From: Candidatus Limnocylindrales bacterium
GTDB taxonomy: Bacteria > Moduliflexota > Moduliflexia > Moduliflexales > JAUQPW01
Assembly (NCBI GenBank): GCA_035559535.1
Contig: DATMBG010000017.1
Coordinates: 1-64,000, forward strand
Length of the DNA: 64,000 nucleotides
Direction: 5' to 3'
Part shown: in pieces, positions 29,076 through 39,477 of the stretch
Numbering within the stretch: the first letter of the stretch is position 1
How the letters are laid out: every line of letters starts with the position of its first letter
Notes under the pieces: generated by a model
Told to the model about the DNA's origin: nothing
Databases searched by the model: none
Seen by the model: only the letters and a program-made list of their open reading frames with translations
Translations under genes and position numbers: made by a program

Positions 29076-31085
29076 ATGGCTAAATTCAGAATTGGAGAAA
29101 TTCTTTTAGAAAAAGGTTTAATTACCGAGGATCAACTTCGACAGGCCCTCAAAATCCAGGAAATGACAGGCAAGAAACTGGGGTCGATCCTCGTCGAGTT
29201 GAAATACCTCCGTACTCGCAACCTCGGTCAGATACTTGCCAACATTTATAAAGTACCTTCCATCGATTTGGGGAATTATTCTATTAAAGTAGAGATGGCC
29301 CGTATCCTCCCAAAAGAATACTGTTATCAAAAGCATATCGTTCCATTACAAATCAAAGATAAAAATCTGATTGTAGCCATGACCAAACCTAATGATTACT
29401 CGACTATTCGGGAGGTAGAGTTTATTACAAATTTGAGGGTTACTGCGGTCGTTGCGCCAGAAACTTCCATCGATAGAGCTCTCGAGGATTTATTCAACCG
29501 GGCCCAAAAAGAAGAAGAGAAGGCTACCCTTGAGCAAACTTCCCATGAATACCGGGGGAAGCGGCTGGATAGAGATAGTTATTTGATGTTACGATCTCCT
29601 GAGGGTCTTTCCCGGGAAGATTCTTCCCTGCCGGACCAGGATCTTCCCTTTACCTATGCTCTAAACCCGTCGGAATCCCAGGTCGAGAGCGCTCCCGGAA
29701 TACCTTCTGAAAAGGCTTCTAAAGCTGGGATAACCTCGGGGGAGTCTCCAGAAGTTTTAACTTTTCAGGTGGATCAACCTGCACCTGAAATCTCTCCGGT
29801 TATTCCCGACGAGGAGTTCAAAACCTGTAGTTCGGATCAAACAGTTTCAGATAAAACCGACAAACCCTTGATAGTTGGAAAAGATGAGAAGGATCAGATT
29901 TTAAACCGGGAGCTTTCTAAAGCTATCGAAAAGGGGGCAGAGTATGTTCACCTGGAATTAAATGAACGAGGTTTTGAAATTAAAGTCCGAATCTCCGGTA
30001 AATTGGAGATTTTATCCACCTTATCCAGAGATTTATTCAGGCCCTTAATCCGGGAACTTAAAGAACTCTCCTCGGTAGATCCCATGACATGGGGATGCCC
30101 TCAAAAAGGTTTTTTTAAGTTTCCTTACCAGCAAAGTGAGATTCCCATTACTTCTCACTTCTTTCCCTATAGGGATTTAATCCGGGTGGTCCTTCATATC
30201 CAGAGACGTTTTGATTCGAGTTGGAGCCTGGATCGCCTGGGATTCTCTCCCAGCATGTATAAGTCTTTCCAGGAAGTGCTCTCTTATCCCCGAGGGATTA
30301 TTCTCTTCTCAGGCCCTCCGGGCAACGGAAAAACAACAACCATCTATACTGCCTTGAAGGAGCTTATCTCGGAAAAAAGGGCTATTGTAACCTACGAGAG
30401 TCCCATACGATACCAGTTACAAGGGGTCTTTCAGACCGAGCCGGAAAATAAATACGAAGCAAACTATATAACAGGCCTCAGTGATATCCTGGACCAAAAT
30501 CCAGATGTTTTATACGTAGATAGAGTGGTCGATCCTCAATCGGCTCAATTACTCTTTCATGAGAATTCTTCTTATGCCAAGATTTTTATTCGATCCACAC
30601 TGGATAGCTCCCTGGCAGCCCTCTCTTATTTTCTGGAATTGCTGAGAAATTCTCACGTTTTACTTACCTCTTTGAATGCCGTCCTTACCCAACGGTTGGT
30701 GAACCGCTTATGCGATCACTGCAAAAGTGCCTATACCCCTTCTCCACGAACCCAAGAACGCATCAAACAGCTTTTAGGGATTACGGATTTCGTCCTTTAT
30801 AAAAGTGATGGCTGTGAGAAGTGTCAGCATACGGGTTTTAGAGGACGAACGGCTATTTTCGAGTTGCTGGTCATGGATGATAAAGTCAGGTCCAGATTGA
30901 TCGCCGAATCCAAGGAATCCCTATCTTCCTTGCTTTCCGAGGTAACCCTCAAAAAAATCTTCTATTCACCTGAGACCGTTACTCTTATGAATGATGGATT
31001 GGGAAAGGCCTTACAAGGCGTGACAACCATTGCTGAGGTGGCTCGAGTAATAGGACTCGGTAACTATACCCGAATGCTAGGCTAG
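29076..31085 (+). CDS. MshEN-domain GspE/PilB-family ATPase, degenerate
   Basis: RIGEILLEKGLITEDQLRQALKIQ; Walker A GPPGNGKTTT; CDHC/CEKC zinc site; GRTAIFE, GVTTIAEV. Confidence 0.88.
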   Translation: MAKFRIGEILLEKGLITEDQLRQALKIQEMTGKKLGSILVELKYLRTRNLGQILANIYKVPSIDLGNYSIKVEMARILPKEYCYQKHIVPLQIKDKNLIVAMTKPNDYSTIREVEFITNLRVTAVVAPETSIDRALEDLFNRAQKEEEKATLEQTSHEYRGKRLDRDSYLMLRSPEGLSREDSSLPDQDLPFTYALNPSESQVESAPGIPSEKASKAGITSGESPEVLTFQVDQPAPEISPVIPDEEFKTCSSDQTVSDKTDKPLIVGKDEKDQILNRELSKAIEKGAEYVHLELNERGFEIKVRISGKLEILSTLSRDLFRPLIRELKELSSVDPMTWGCPQKGFFKFPYQQSEIPITSHFFPYRDLIRVVLHIQRRFDSSWSLDRLGFSPSMYKSFQEVLSYPRGIILFSGPPGNGKTTTIYTALKELISEKRAIVTYESPIRYQLQGVFQTEPENKYEANYITGLSDILDQNPDVLYVDRVVDPQSAQLLFHENSSYAKIFIRSTLDSSLAALSYFLELLRNSHVLLTSLNAVLTQRLVNRLCDHCKSAYTPSPRTQERIKQLLGITDFVLYKSDGCEKCQHTGFRGRTAIFELLVMDDKVRSRLIAESKESLSSLLSEVTLKKIFYSPETVTLMNDGLGKALQGVTTIAEVARVIGLGNYTRMLG

Positions 31086-31143
31086 GTAAATCGATACTTT
31101 TGCAGTCCTTTAGGAACGAATAAAATCAAGCACCAAGGATGTT

Positions 31144-32436
31144 ATGATCGAACGTTACACCCGCCCTGAAATGGGACAGCTTTGGACTCAAGAAAATAAA
31201 TTTAAGACCTGGTTACAGGTGGAGATTCTGGTCTGTGAAGCCCTGGCGGAATTGGGAAAAATTCCTCAGGAAGCGGTAAACCGGATTCGAGAGCGTGCTA
31301 AGTTTGATGTCAAAAGGATTGAAGAAATCGAGAAGGAAGTAAGGCATGATATGATCGCTTTCCTAACCAATGTGGGGGAGTTTGTAGGAGAAGATGCCCG
31401 CTATCTCCATCTTGGATTGACCTCCTCCGATGTGATTGACACTGCGCTGGGGATTCAATTGAAACAGGCTTCGGAAATTTTAGAAAATGATATTCAACAC
31501 CTGTTGGAGGTGATAAAGAGCCGGGCCCTGGAACATAAAGATACCCTTATGATAGGAAGAACCCACGGGATTCATGCAGAGCCTATTACCTTTGGTCTGA
31601 AAATGGCCGTTTGGTATACTGAGATGAAAAGGAATCAAGAAAGGCTTCGACGGGCTAAAGAAATGGTCAGTTGTGGAAAGATATCTGGTGCCGTAGGCAC
31701 TTTCGCGAATATAGATCCTTTTGTGGAAGCTTATGTGTGCCAGAAAGCCGGGTTAACTCCGGCTCCGGTTTCAACCCAGATTGTTCAAAGGGATCGGCAT
31801 GGGGAATTTGTATCGGTCCTTGCCCTTATTGCCAGTTCTCTGGATAAATTTGCCACGGAGATTCGAGGGCTCCAGAAGACCGAAATCAGAGAAGTTGAAG
31901 AACCTTTTTATGAGGGGCAGAAGGGTTCTTCGGCCATGCCTCATAAACGGAATCCTGTTTCTTGTGAGCAAATCTCGGGTCTTGCCCGGGTCGTTCGCGG
32001 ATACGTTGTGGCAGCTTTAGAGGATATCCCGTTGTGGCATGAGCGGGATATCTCCCATTCCTCGGTAGAACGGATTATCCTCCCCGACAGTACCATTCTC
32101 CTTGACTATATGTTGACGCACTTTACAAGAATCCTTCGAGATCTGAGGGTATATCCTGAGAATATGAAGAAAAATCTAGGATTAACCCGTGGTTTGATTT
32201 TTTCTGAAAGCCTTCTGCTCCTCCTTACCACTAAAGGCTTATCCCGGGAAAGGGCCTATAAACTGGTTCAACGAAACGCCATGCAAGTCTGGGATCGAGG
32301 TGTTGAGTTTAAGAAATTGATTTTGGAAGATCCTGATATTCGCACCCACCTGACTGAAGAGGAAATCGAAGCCTGCTTCAACCTGGAACACCATCTCCAA
32401 AGGGTAGATTTTATTTTTCAGCGGGTATTTGGGTGA
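31144..32436 (+). CDS. purB: Adenylosuccinate lyase
   Basis: MIERY, RHD, HLGLTSSD, GRTHGIHAEP, GSSAMPHKRNP. Confidence 0.98.
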   Translation: MIERYTRPEMGQLWTQENKFKTWLQVEILVCEALAELGKIPQEAVNRIRERAKFDVKRIEEIEKEVRHDMIAFLTNVGEFVGEDARYLHLGLTSSDVIDTALGIQLKQASEILENDIQHLLEVIKSRALEHKDTLMIGRTHGIHAEPITFGLKMAVWYTEMKRNQERLRRAKEMVSCGKISGAVGTFANIDPFVEAYVCQKAGLTPAPVSTQIVQRDRHGEFVSVLALIASSLDKFATEIRGLQKTEIREVEEPFYEGQKGSSAMPHKRNPVSCEQISGLARVVRGYVVAALEDIPLWHERDISHSSVERIILPDSTILLDYMLTHFTRILRDLRVYPENMKKNLGLTRGLIFSESLLLLLTTKGLSRERAYKLVQRNAMQVWDRGVEFKKLILEDPDIRTHLTEEEIEACFNLEHHLQRVDFIFQRVFG

Positions 32437-32654
32437 TCCCCTTTTAACTCCAGATCAGTTCACCTATAACCGAACCATCCTGATACCCTGAGTTTCGAGA
32501 CAAAAACATGATTTAACCCTGCCAGACCTGTCACCTTCCCTAATCCTCAGGGTTTTAAAGAAACTTTCTATTTTTTTCCATACTTCAGGACCGGGCTTTA
32601 TCCCCATCGGTATTGAAAAGGGGTATAAAGGATGGGGAACCGCGCTTCATCAGC

Positions 32655-32695
32655 GGGGGGACCCTGTCCTACTATAAACAGGCCGCTCCTACCAG
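32655..32695. repeat. REP-like unit shared with the elements at 51673 and 60749
   Basis: Minus strand ggagcggcctgt...acagggtcccccc matches ggagcggcctgtgaaacaggtcccccc at ~60853. Confidence 0.55.
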
Positions 32696-32885
32696 GTTCA
32701 TCTTCTGTCAAAACTTGAGAATTCCATCAGATTTTTCTTGAACCCTTATGGGATAAGTGGTAACATAGGTAAAAACAAATGTTATTTATCCAAGACCTGG
32801 GCCGGGAGAGAGGCCCCATACATTCCAGATGAGTCCCTGCATATCCCATAGGTTTGAAAACTGAAATAATGACTCCAAAGATTTT

Positions 32886-35800
32886 ATGTATCGAAAGATA
32901 GAGCTTGCTTTTTTAAGCCTGGAGCATCGGATTATTGAGCTTTTCCGATTAAACCGGATGTCCCATAATTTGATCTGGCTGGCCTTGGGACTTATTTTGT
33001 TTGTCTGGTTTATAAGTAAATGGCTCTTCTCGCTGCATCCGCAACCGGATACAGAGTTTGTACTGATTCGAGATCCTTCCATAGCCAGTGGCCATGCAGA
33101 AGTGTATTATGAAGATGGCTCCTTTTATCTGAAACCCCTCCATGGAAAAGTATTCTTCAATAGCCAGGAGGTGAACCGGGCTCTTCTCTTAAAGGAAGGT
33201 GATCAGTTTATCCTGGGTCATACCATTCTTCAGCTCAGGGATACCCACGGTTGGTTACCTCAGCTTAAAGTTGTGGGGTATTATCTAAATGAGCGTCTGC
33301 TCAATTCAAAAAAAATATCGGTCGGGCGGTCCCCTCGTCCGGAGGAGGAAAATAAATGGAAGCCTAATGATATTGTGGTTTCGGATACCTTCTTTGAACC
33401 GGTTCAGTTCTGGATTTTTCCCATAAAAGGAACCTCCGAAGCAACAGCTCCCTTAAGTTTTTTCATTGAAAACCGGGGTAAAAAAAGTATCGAGATTGAT
33501 CATGGGGATACCCAGGGTTGGAGTTCTGTTCGCAATAAGCAGCCCCTTAAAATGGGAGATAAAATCAGGGTCGGTGAAACCATCCTTCAGTTTGTTCCCG
33601 GTAGAACTGGAAGGGGAGTCGAATTGAAGATCCTTCGAGGTCTCACCCCAAGTTTTCGAGTTTATCTTGATAAACGCACGATTTTAAGCGGTTCAGATAC
33701 CATCCCGGGAGGATATATTCCCGATGCCCTGGTGGATGAAGAATTCCTGGAGAATGTTCGAAGGTGTATTGAAGCCCGGCTTATTTATCTCGTACACGAG
33801 ACCCAGAAACCTACCTCGGACCGAAGCGAAGGGGCAGAAAGAAAAAGATGGACGCAAGAAGGTGAAGGAGAAGAATCCTTTCTGAGTTTTCTACGGGTTA
33901 AAGGTTTTACAAAAGAAGGAAAACTCATGGCACCGGAGTTTGATGCGCTTACCAAGCGAGAAAAGCAACTCCTAGAAGGGGTATTTCGATTTTCCCCTAA
34001 AGAGGGCTCCCGACTCCGATGGAAAAGACCTTTTAATCGAAATCAAGAAGATCCCCACGTGTTTGACGGCACCGAACTGGAGAACTTTATCATAAAAGAT
34101 GATGAGCTAAAAGGAATTTATAATTTTGCAGCCCGACTATCCAATCCCCATAAACTTCAGAAGGAACTTCTGGTCCGAAGGGGTGTAATATATGATCGGG
34201 ATCAACAGACGCTCCCCCGATTGATTTTATCCAATCCCCAGGTATTGGAAAAGGTTCAACTGGTCAGTCAAAGTTCAGCCGGGGCCAATGCGGTCCCAAT
34301 CAAAGGACCTGTCCAGTTCTTATTGATAGATTATGACGATCCGAATACCGTACTTGAAATCAATCTAAATAAACCCCTGGAGAGTAAGATATATGTGGGT
34401 AGTGGCTATTTATTTATCCCTGGGGTAGGAAGGGGTTTAAAACCCGACCTTACGACAGAGATCCCCAAAACTCCCCCGACCTCGAAGGAGCGTATCATTG
34501 TCAGACGAATAGCAAACCAGGTTAAATTGGCATTGGGTTGTTTATTCAGCCGGCCGTCTGGACAAGCTGGGACCCGGCATATGCCCCCTCCACTCCCGTC
34601 GGATGGGGTAACAGATGGAGAATTTCCCGGTTCAAGTCTGTTACCCAATTATACCTGTACAGAAGAGAAGGAATTGGCGGACGGGGAAACCTTTGAGATA
34701 GGAGACTTAAGTTTTACTTATCAAAAGGGAGGTTCAGGACTTCTAGCCGGAAATAAAGAGTCTGATCCCGATAGACCAAAGGCCCAAGACGGGGGACAGA
34801 CCCGATATTATCCTTTAGGGGAAAAGCTGGTCCATGTGATCGGCTATGATTATCCCCGAAGTAATTTTAAAGCAAATCTGGAGGATATTTTTGATCAGGT
34901 ATTACTCGGGGAAGAGCGTAAGAAACCCTGGTATATGTTTACTTCCAGGTCAGACAGGCGGGTAGGGAACAACCTCATTCTGACTTTAGATGATGATCTT
35001 CAGCAGATTATTTATGAAGCTCTGAAGAAAAAACTGGATGAATTAAATCGGCGGGTAGAGGAGGGAAAGCAGAAACCCGATGAGCCGGAAATGAAGGATG
35101 AAGGTCCTGATGTAGAGAGCGAGGAATATTCCAAAGAAGCTGTCTTTCGGGGTGCTGCGGTTGCCATCAATTCAGACGGAGAGATTCTGGCTTCTGTGAG
35201 CCTTCCAACTTATAATCCTCACAATATCCATAGTATTCTGGCTGCCTTAAAAGAATCTTCTTTAGATAACTGGAATAGCTCTTTTATCAATAGAGCCTTT
35301 CACAAAACCTATCCGCCGGGATCAACCTTCAAACTCATCATGTCCTCCCTGGCCCTTGAGAACAAAGATCGGTTCCTGTGGGAAAATAAAAATTACTTGA
35401 TTAGAGATGGGGCTGGAGGATTTTACTGTACCGGAGTTTTGAGTAGTTTTGAAGGGGTCCGTATCGGTAAACCCATACCGGACTTTCGAGGTGGAAAGCA
35501 TGGAGGACCCTTGCATTTGGAAGATGCTCTGGCCCAATCTTGTAATAATGCCTTTGCTTTCCTGGCTCTAAAGGCTGGAAGTGACCTTATTACCCAGTAT
35601 GCCGAGCGATACGGGTTCAATCAACAGGACGATCTTTTACCTTTATCGGTATTTGAAGGGGATGTAAAAGCCATCGGACGTATCAACCGTGAAGAAGGGG
35701 ATACTCTATTTGCTCTTAAAAGCCAGGTACCCCTCCCGGAGGAAGATCTCCAGATGTCAAAGGTGGCCCGAATGGGGATTGGACAGTGGGAGATCCAGGC

Positions 35801-36344
35801 GACCCCCCTGGAGATGGCTTTGGTAGCTATGACCATTGGAAACTCCGGCTTGCGCCCTTATCCCCACCTGATCAAAGGAATCCAGGACGGGGAAACCGGG
35901 CAGATAAAATATTTCCACTACCCGGATAAAAAACGGGTTCTCTCTAGGGAAGCGGCTGAAGCCTTGAAGCCTATGATGCAAAAAGTCGTTCAGGAGGGGA
36001 CGGCCATTCGGATCTCCCTGAGTAAAATTCCCTACTACTCTTTAAAACACCATGTATTTGGGAAAACCGGTACTGCCGAAGTCCAGGGGGAAAACGGAAA
36101 AAAATCCAACATCGCCTGGTTTTTGAGTGTAGCCCCCATAGAAAACCCTAAGATAGCCATTGCCCTTGTCATCGAAAAAGGGGCCATCATCTCCCGAGAA
36201 CCTGTGATGGTTGCCCGAGATATTTGGGAAAAAACCGTGTTGCTCTACCACGATCAATTTCTCCCGGATAACGTTGAAACTCTTAAACCTTCCGAGCATC
36301 CAACGCTTCAGAAGCCTAAAGAACCGAAGAGTTTGAGAAGATAA
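32886..36344 (+). CDS. Class B penicillin-binding transpeptidase with FHA-like domains
   Basis: N-terminal TM; FHA-like segments; TRYYPLG, LTLDDDLQ; SxxK (PGSTFK), SxN (QSCN), KTG (GKTGTAE). Confidence 0.88.
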   Translation: MYRKIELAFLSLEHRIIELFRLNRMSHNLIWLALGLILFVWFISKWLFSLHPQPDTEFVLIRDPSIASGHAEVYYEDGSFYLKPLHGKVFFNSQEVNRALLLKEGDQFILGHTILQLRDTHGWLPQLKVVGYYLNERLLNSKKISVGRSPRPEEENKWKPNDIVVSDTFFEPVQFWIFPIKGTSEATAPLSFFIENRGKKSIEIDHGDTQGWSSVRNKQPLKMGDKIRVGETILQFVPGRTGRGVELKILRGLTPSFRVYLDKRTILSGSDTIPGGYIPDALVDEEFLENVRRCIEARLIYLVHETQKPTSDRSEGAERKRWTQEGEGEESFLSFLRVKGFTKEGKLMAPEFDALTKREKQLLEGVFRFSPKEGSRLRWKRPFNRNQEDPHVFDGTELENFIIKDDELKGIYNFAARLSNPHKLQKELLVRRGVIYDRDQQTLPRLILSNPQVLEKVQLVSQSSAGANAVPIKGPVQFLLIDYDDPNTVLEINLNKPLESKIYVGSGYLFIPGVGRGLKPDLTTEIPKTPPTSKERIIVRRIANQVKLALGCLFSRPSGQAGTRHMPPPLPSDGVTDGEFPGSSLLPNYTCTEEKELADGETFEIGDLSFTYQKGGSGLLAGNKESDPDRPKAQDGGQTRYYPLGEKLVHVIGYDYPRSNFKANLEDIFDQVLLGEERKKPWYMFTSRSDRRVGNNLILTLDDDLQQIIYEALKKKLDELNRRVEEGKQKPDEPEMKDEGPDVESEEYSKEAVFRGAAVAINSDGEILASVSLPTYNPHNIHSILAALKESSLDNWNSSFINRAFHKTYPPGSTFKLIMSSLALENKDRFLWENKNYLIRDGAGGFYCTGVLSSFEGVRIGKPIPDFRGGKHGGPLHLEDALAQSCNNAFAFLALKAGSDLITQYAERYGFNQQDDLLPLSVFEGDVKAIGRINREEGDTLFALKSQVPLPEEDLQMSKVARMGIGQWEIQATPLEMALVAMTIGNSGLRPYPHLIKGIQDGETGQIKYFHYPDKKRVLSREAAEALKPMMQKVVQEGTAIRISLSKIPYYSLKHHVFGKTGTAEVQGENGKKSNIAWFLSVAPIENPKIAIALVIEKGAIISREPVMVARDIWEKTVLLYHDQFLPDNVETLKPSEHPTLQKPKEPKSLRR

Positions 36345-36402
36345 AGTATAAACCTGTTAAAAGGATTAAAGACGGGTTTTTTGAAAAGACCTATGAGGAA
36401 TT

Positions 36403-37872
36403 ATGACTATCGAGGCTTTTATTACTGCAAAATCCAAAGGCCGCTATCAGGACATTACCGAAATGCACTATGAAGAGGGCGGCTTTGGCAGGCTTTATAA
36501 AGCTAAAGATTCTCATCGAAATGGAGCGGAAGTTTGTATTAAAGTCATTAAACCCAATTTGCCCCGGGATCTTCAATTAAAACTCTGGCAGGATGAAGTT
36601 CGTGCGCTCAGCAAGTATGCCAGACGCTCGAATATAGCCAACCTGGTCGACAAACCTTACGAATTTACAGACCAGGATCCTTACCTGTTTTTTGTTATGG
36701 AATATGTGCACGGAGACCGGTTGGGTTCCAGTAAGTATAAGATCGAGCTAAATTTGGAACAAGACCTTGCCGTGCTTGCACTCTTCCAGCTCTGTTCCGC
36801 AGTTTATAGTATTCACCAGCGGGGGGAGTACCATCAAGATATTTTTCCAGATAACATTAAAATGGACGGAGATAATCTGATTCTGTTGGATATGGGAGGT
36901 ATGCGGGAAGCTGCAAGGCGGTCCGGCACGGTTATCTTTGGAGGGGAAATCTATTCGGCTCCAGAAGTATCCCCTACCCGACTTAGAATCAAAAAATTCC
37001 GAACTCTGCGAAAAAGTAAAATGGGGAGTTTCGAAACAGCCGATATTTTTTCTATTGGAGCTATTTTTTATGAAATGATCACGGGGAAAACTTTTTTTGA
37101 CAACCCCGATGAGTCCAATCAATTGAAAGAATTTATTTATGATTACTACGCTGAGTTGCCCGAGATTACTCCGCCGGCCGGTGTAGATATCAAGACCCAT
37201 AAGGCCGAACTCATCAAGCAGCTCATCAAAATGAAACAGGAATACGGAAGTATTATCCGGAAATATGTTCAAAGAATGGAGAACTACAAAAATTTCCTGG
37301 ATAAGCAAGGGTTTTCTCAGACACTGGCCGAGCTTCTTACCAATACCTTATCCATATTCCCACCGGAACGTCCAAAAGCAGAGGAAATTCTTACGGCCCT
37401 TTTCTCCTATTTGATGAAACAGGCAAAAAAACATTTCTCAAAAGGGGATTGGGAGGCGGCTCTCCGGGACTTCAAACATCTCGAACGGCATTTTGATGAA
37501 ATCGCTTTGGAAAGCGAGGATGAAGATCCCCTTTTTAGGGAGCGGATGATCCGACACTTGCAGACTCACCTGGACTTGTATTTGAAGGTCTGTCTGGGGT
37601 CCGGTGCGACGCTCTTTCACTCGGGCTCTTTCACCCTGGCAAGGGATAAATTTCTCAAAGCCGAAACTATCCTGATGCAACAATCCCAGGTTCTTTCGGT
37701 TAAAGCACGAGAAACCTATATTTTGAAGATTCGTAACAACTTAGCCGCCTGTACCTTTATGTCCGGTCAGATTAAAAAGGCTACGGAAGAGTTTGAGCGT
37801 CTTTTAAAGGCGGTAGAAGGGACCAGTCCAATTGTACGAAATAATTTGGCAGTTTGTGCCAGGTATCAATGA
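36403..37872 (+). CDS. Ser/Thr protein kinase with a C-terminal TPR-like region
   Basis: EGGFGRLY, VCIK, HQDIFPDN, LLDMG, YSAPE, ADIFSIGAIFYEMITG. Confidence 0.85.
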   Translation: MTIEAFITAKSKGRYQDITEMHYEEGGFGRLYKAKDSHRNGAEVCIKVIKPNLPRDLQLKLWQDEVRALSKYARRSNIANLVDKPYEFTDQDPYLFFVMEYVHGDRLGSSKYKIELNLEQDLAVLALFQLCSAVYSIHQRGEYHQDIFPDNIKMDGDNLILLDMGGMREAARRSGTVIFGGEIYSAPEVSPTRLRIKKFRTLRKSKMGSFETADIFSIGAIFYEMITGKTFFDNPDESNQLKEFIYDYYAELPEITPPAGVDIKTHKAELIKQLIKMKQEYGSIIRKYVQRMENYKNFLDKQGFSQTLAELLTNTLSIFPPERPKAEEILTALFSYLMKQAKKHFSKGDWEAALRDFKHLERHFDEIALESEDEDPLFRERMIRHLQTHLDLYLKVCLGSGATLFHSGSFTLARDKFLKAETILMQQSQVLSVKARETYILKIRNNLAACTFMSGQIKKATEEFERLLKAVEGTSPIVRNNLAVCARYQ

Positions 37873-37946
37873 AGATCCGTTGTGTGTTGTCTGTTGTTTT
37901 TTGTTACGGTATCAAATAACGGACAACGGATAGCGGACGACGAAGC

Positions 37947-38711
37947 TTGCTTTCTTTTCAAAGTTACGTGAGTAGTCAGCCGGGACCAAAAAGGGCTTTC
38001 AATGAAGACAGTTATCTGGTAAGTACAGAACTGGGTCTTCCTAAAGATCTTTTGACGCGGTGTGGAATCCTCTACGCTGTGGCCGATGGAATGAGTGGTC
38101 ATGCGGCGGGTCAGGTGGCAAGCAAATTGGCTGTAACCACACTGAAAGAGTATTACACTCAACCCAATTTTAATTTATCCCCTCTAAACAGATTGGAAGC
38201 TCTTTTTCAGAATGCCCACGAGAAAATATTAGCAACTGCCTATCGTAACGCGGCCTATAAGGGAATGGGCACGACCCTTACGGCAGTGGTACTTAAAGAG
38301 GGTTGGCTTTATTACGGACATGTAGGAGATAGTCGACTGTATCTTATTACGGGTGCTACGGGAAGGTTGGAACAGATAACCTATGACCATACGCTGGTCG
38401 CCCGATACCTTCGAGAAGGAAAATTAAGTGCGCAAGAAGCTGAACAAGAAGACAGTAGCATTTTGGAACAGGCCCTGGGATTTACCCGAAACGTGAAAAT
38501 CGATTTGGGCCAACTGGCTATCAAATCCGGAGACTATATTATCCTGGCGACCGATGGTTTAACCAAATCGGTATCGGTATCTAAGATGAAATCGATTGTC
38601 TTAAACTCTCAGGATGCTGAAGATATTTGTAAAAAGCTGGTTAGAAAAGCCACCGAGAATGGGTTAATCGATGATATCACAGTTATTGTCATTGAGGTTG
38701 TGGGAGATTGA
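37947..38711 (+). CDS. PP2C/PrpC-type Ser/Thr phosphatase
   Basis: RAFNEDS, VADGMSGHAAGQVAS, GMGTT, HVGDSRLY, ATDGL, DDIT; TTG start. Confidence 0.92.
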   Translation: MLSFQSYVSSQPGPKRAFNEDSYLVSTELGLPKDLLTRCGILYAVADGMSGHAAGQVASKLAVTTLKEYYTQPNFNLSPLNRLEALFQNAHEKILATAYRNAAYKGMGTTLTAVVLKEGWLYYGHVGDSRLYLITGATGRLEQITYDHTLVARYLREGKLSAQEAEQEDSSILEQALGFTRNVKIDLGQLAIKSGDYIILATDGLTKSVSVSKMKSIVLNSQDAEDICKKLVRKATENGLIDDITVIVIEVVGD

Positions 38712-38712
38712 A

Positions 38713-39372
38713 ATGCTGCCGATTTTAATTCCTCTTGTGACCATGATTCTGGCGGGGGTTTTAATCTTTATCTTCCTGAAAGATCGGGAAGCCAATCTGG
38801 CCATCATTTACTATAATACCGGCGTTTCCTATCTCCAAACAGGAGAGGCCGATAAGGCCATTGCTCAGTTTCAGAAAGCCCTGGAAAAAAATAAATCTTT
38901 ACTGGATGCGCATTATGGTCTTGGACTTGCATATGCTTCTGAAGAAAAATACCCGGAGGCCATTCAAGAGCTTGAATTTGTCCTCAGACAAAAACCTATG
39001 AACCCGGTCATTTATTACAATCTGGGAAGCATATATCTATATGCCGGAAATTATAACCAGGCCCTGGCCAATTTTGAAAAGGCCGTGGCTTTAAAGCCCC
39101 GAATCAAAGAACTTTACTTTAATTTGGGATGGATTTTGAGAGAAAAAGGCGACTGGGCCGGAGCCAGGGAAAACTTTTTAAAGGCTCTGGAACTGGATAG
39201 TCAATATCAGAAGGCCCAGAATTATTTAAACCTCCTGGAAACCCTGGAAAAGGAAAAGAAAAAAGCCGAAATACCCGTGATCCTCAAACACTTTGACAAA
39301 GCAGATACGGAATTTATGATTCAGCTCGATCCCGATCGAAAACCCGAAGGCCCGCGAACTATCGCCTTTTAA
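38713..39372 (+). CDS. Membrane-anchored TPR protein
   Basis: N-terminal hydrophobic helix then about four TPR units (YYNTG, HYGLG, YYNLG, YFNLG). Confidence 0.88.
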   Translation: MLPILIPLVTMILAGVLIFIFLKDREANLAIIYYNTGVSYLQTGEADKAIAQFQKALEKNKSLLDAHYGLGLAYASEEKYPEAIQELEFVLRQKPMNPVIYYNLGSIYLYAGNYNQALANFEKAVALKPRIKELYFNLGWILREKGDWAGARENFLKALELDSQYQKAQNYLNLLETLEKEKKKAEIPVILKHFDKADTEFMIQLDPDRKPEGPRTIAF

Positions 39373-39477
39373 AAGGACTATGCAAGGAGGAAAGCATGGG
39401 GAAGTAGGAATGTGTAGAGAGGGAATCTATTTTTCTCTACTTCCACAAGCTTATCCTTTTTATTTATTTTGCTTATA

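Noticed and set aside
32590-32750. Possible 6S or other ncRNA between purB and the PBP gene
   Set aside because: The hairpins are partly explained by the REP-like unit, and I could not build a 6S-like rod with a central bubble.
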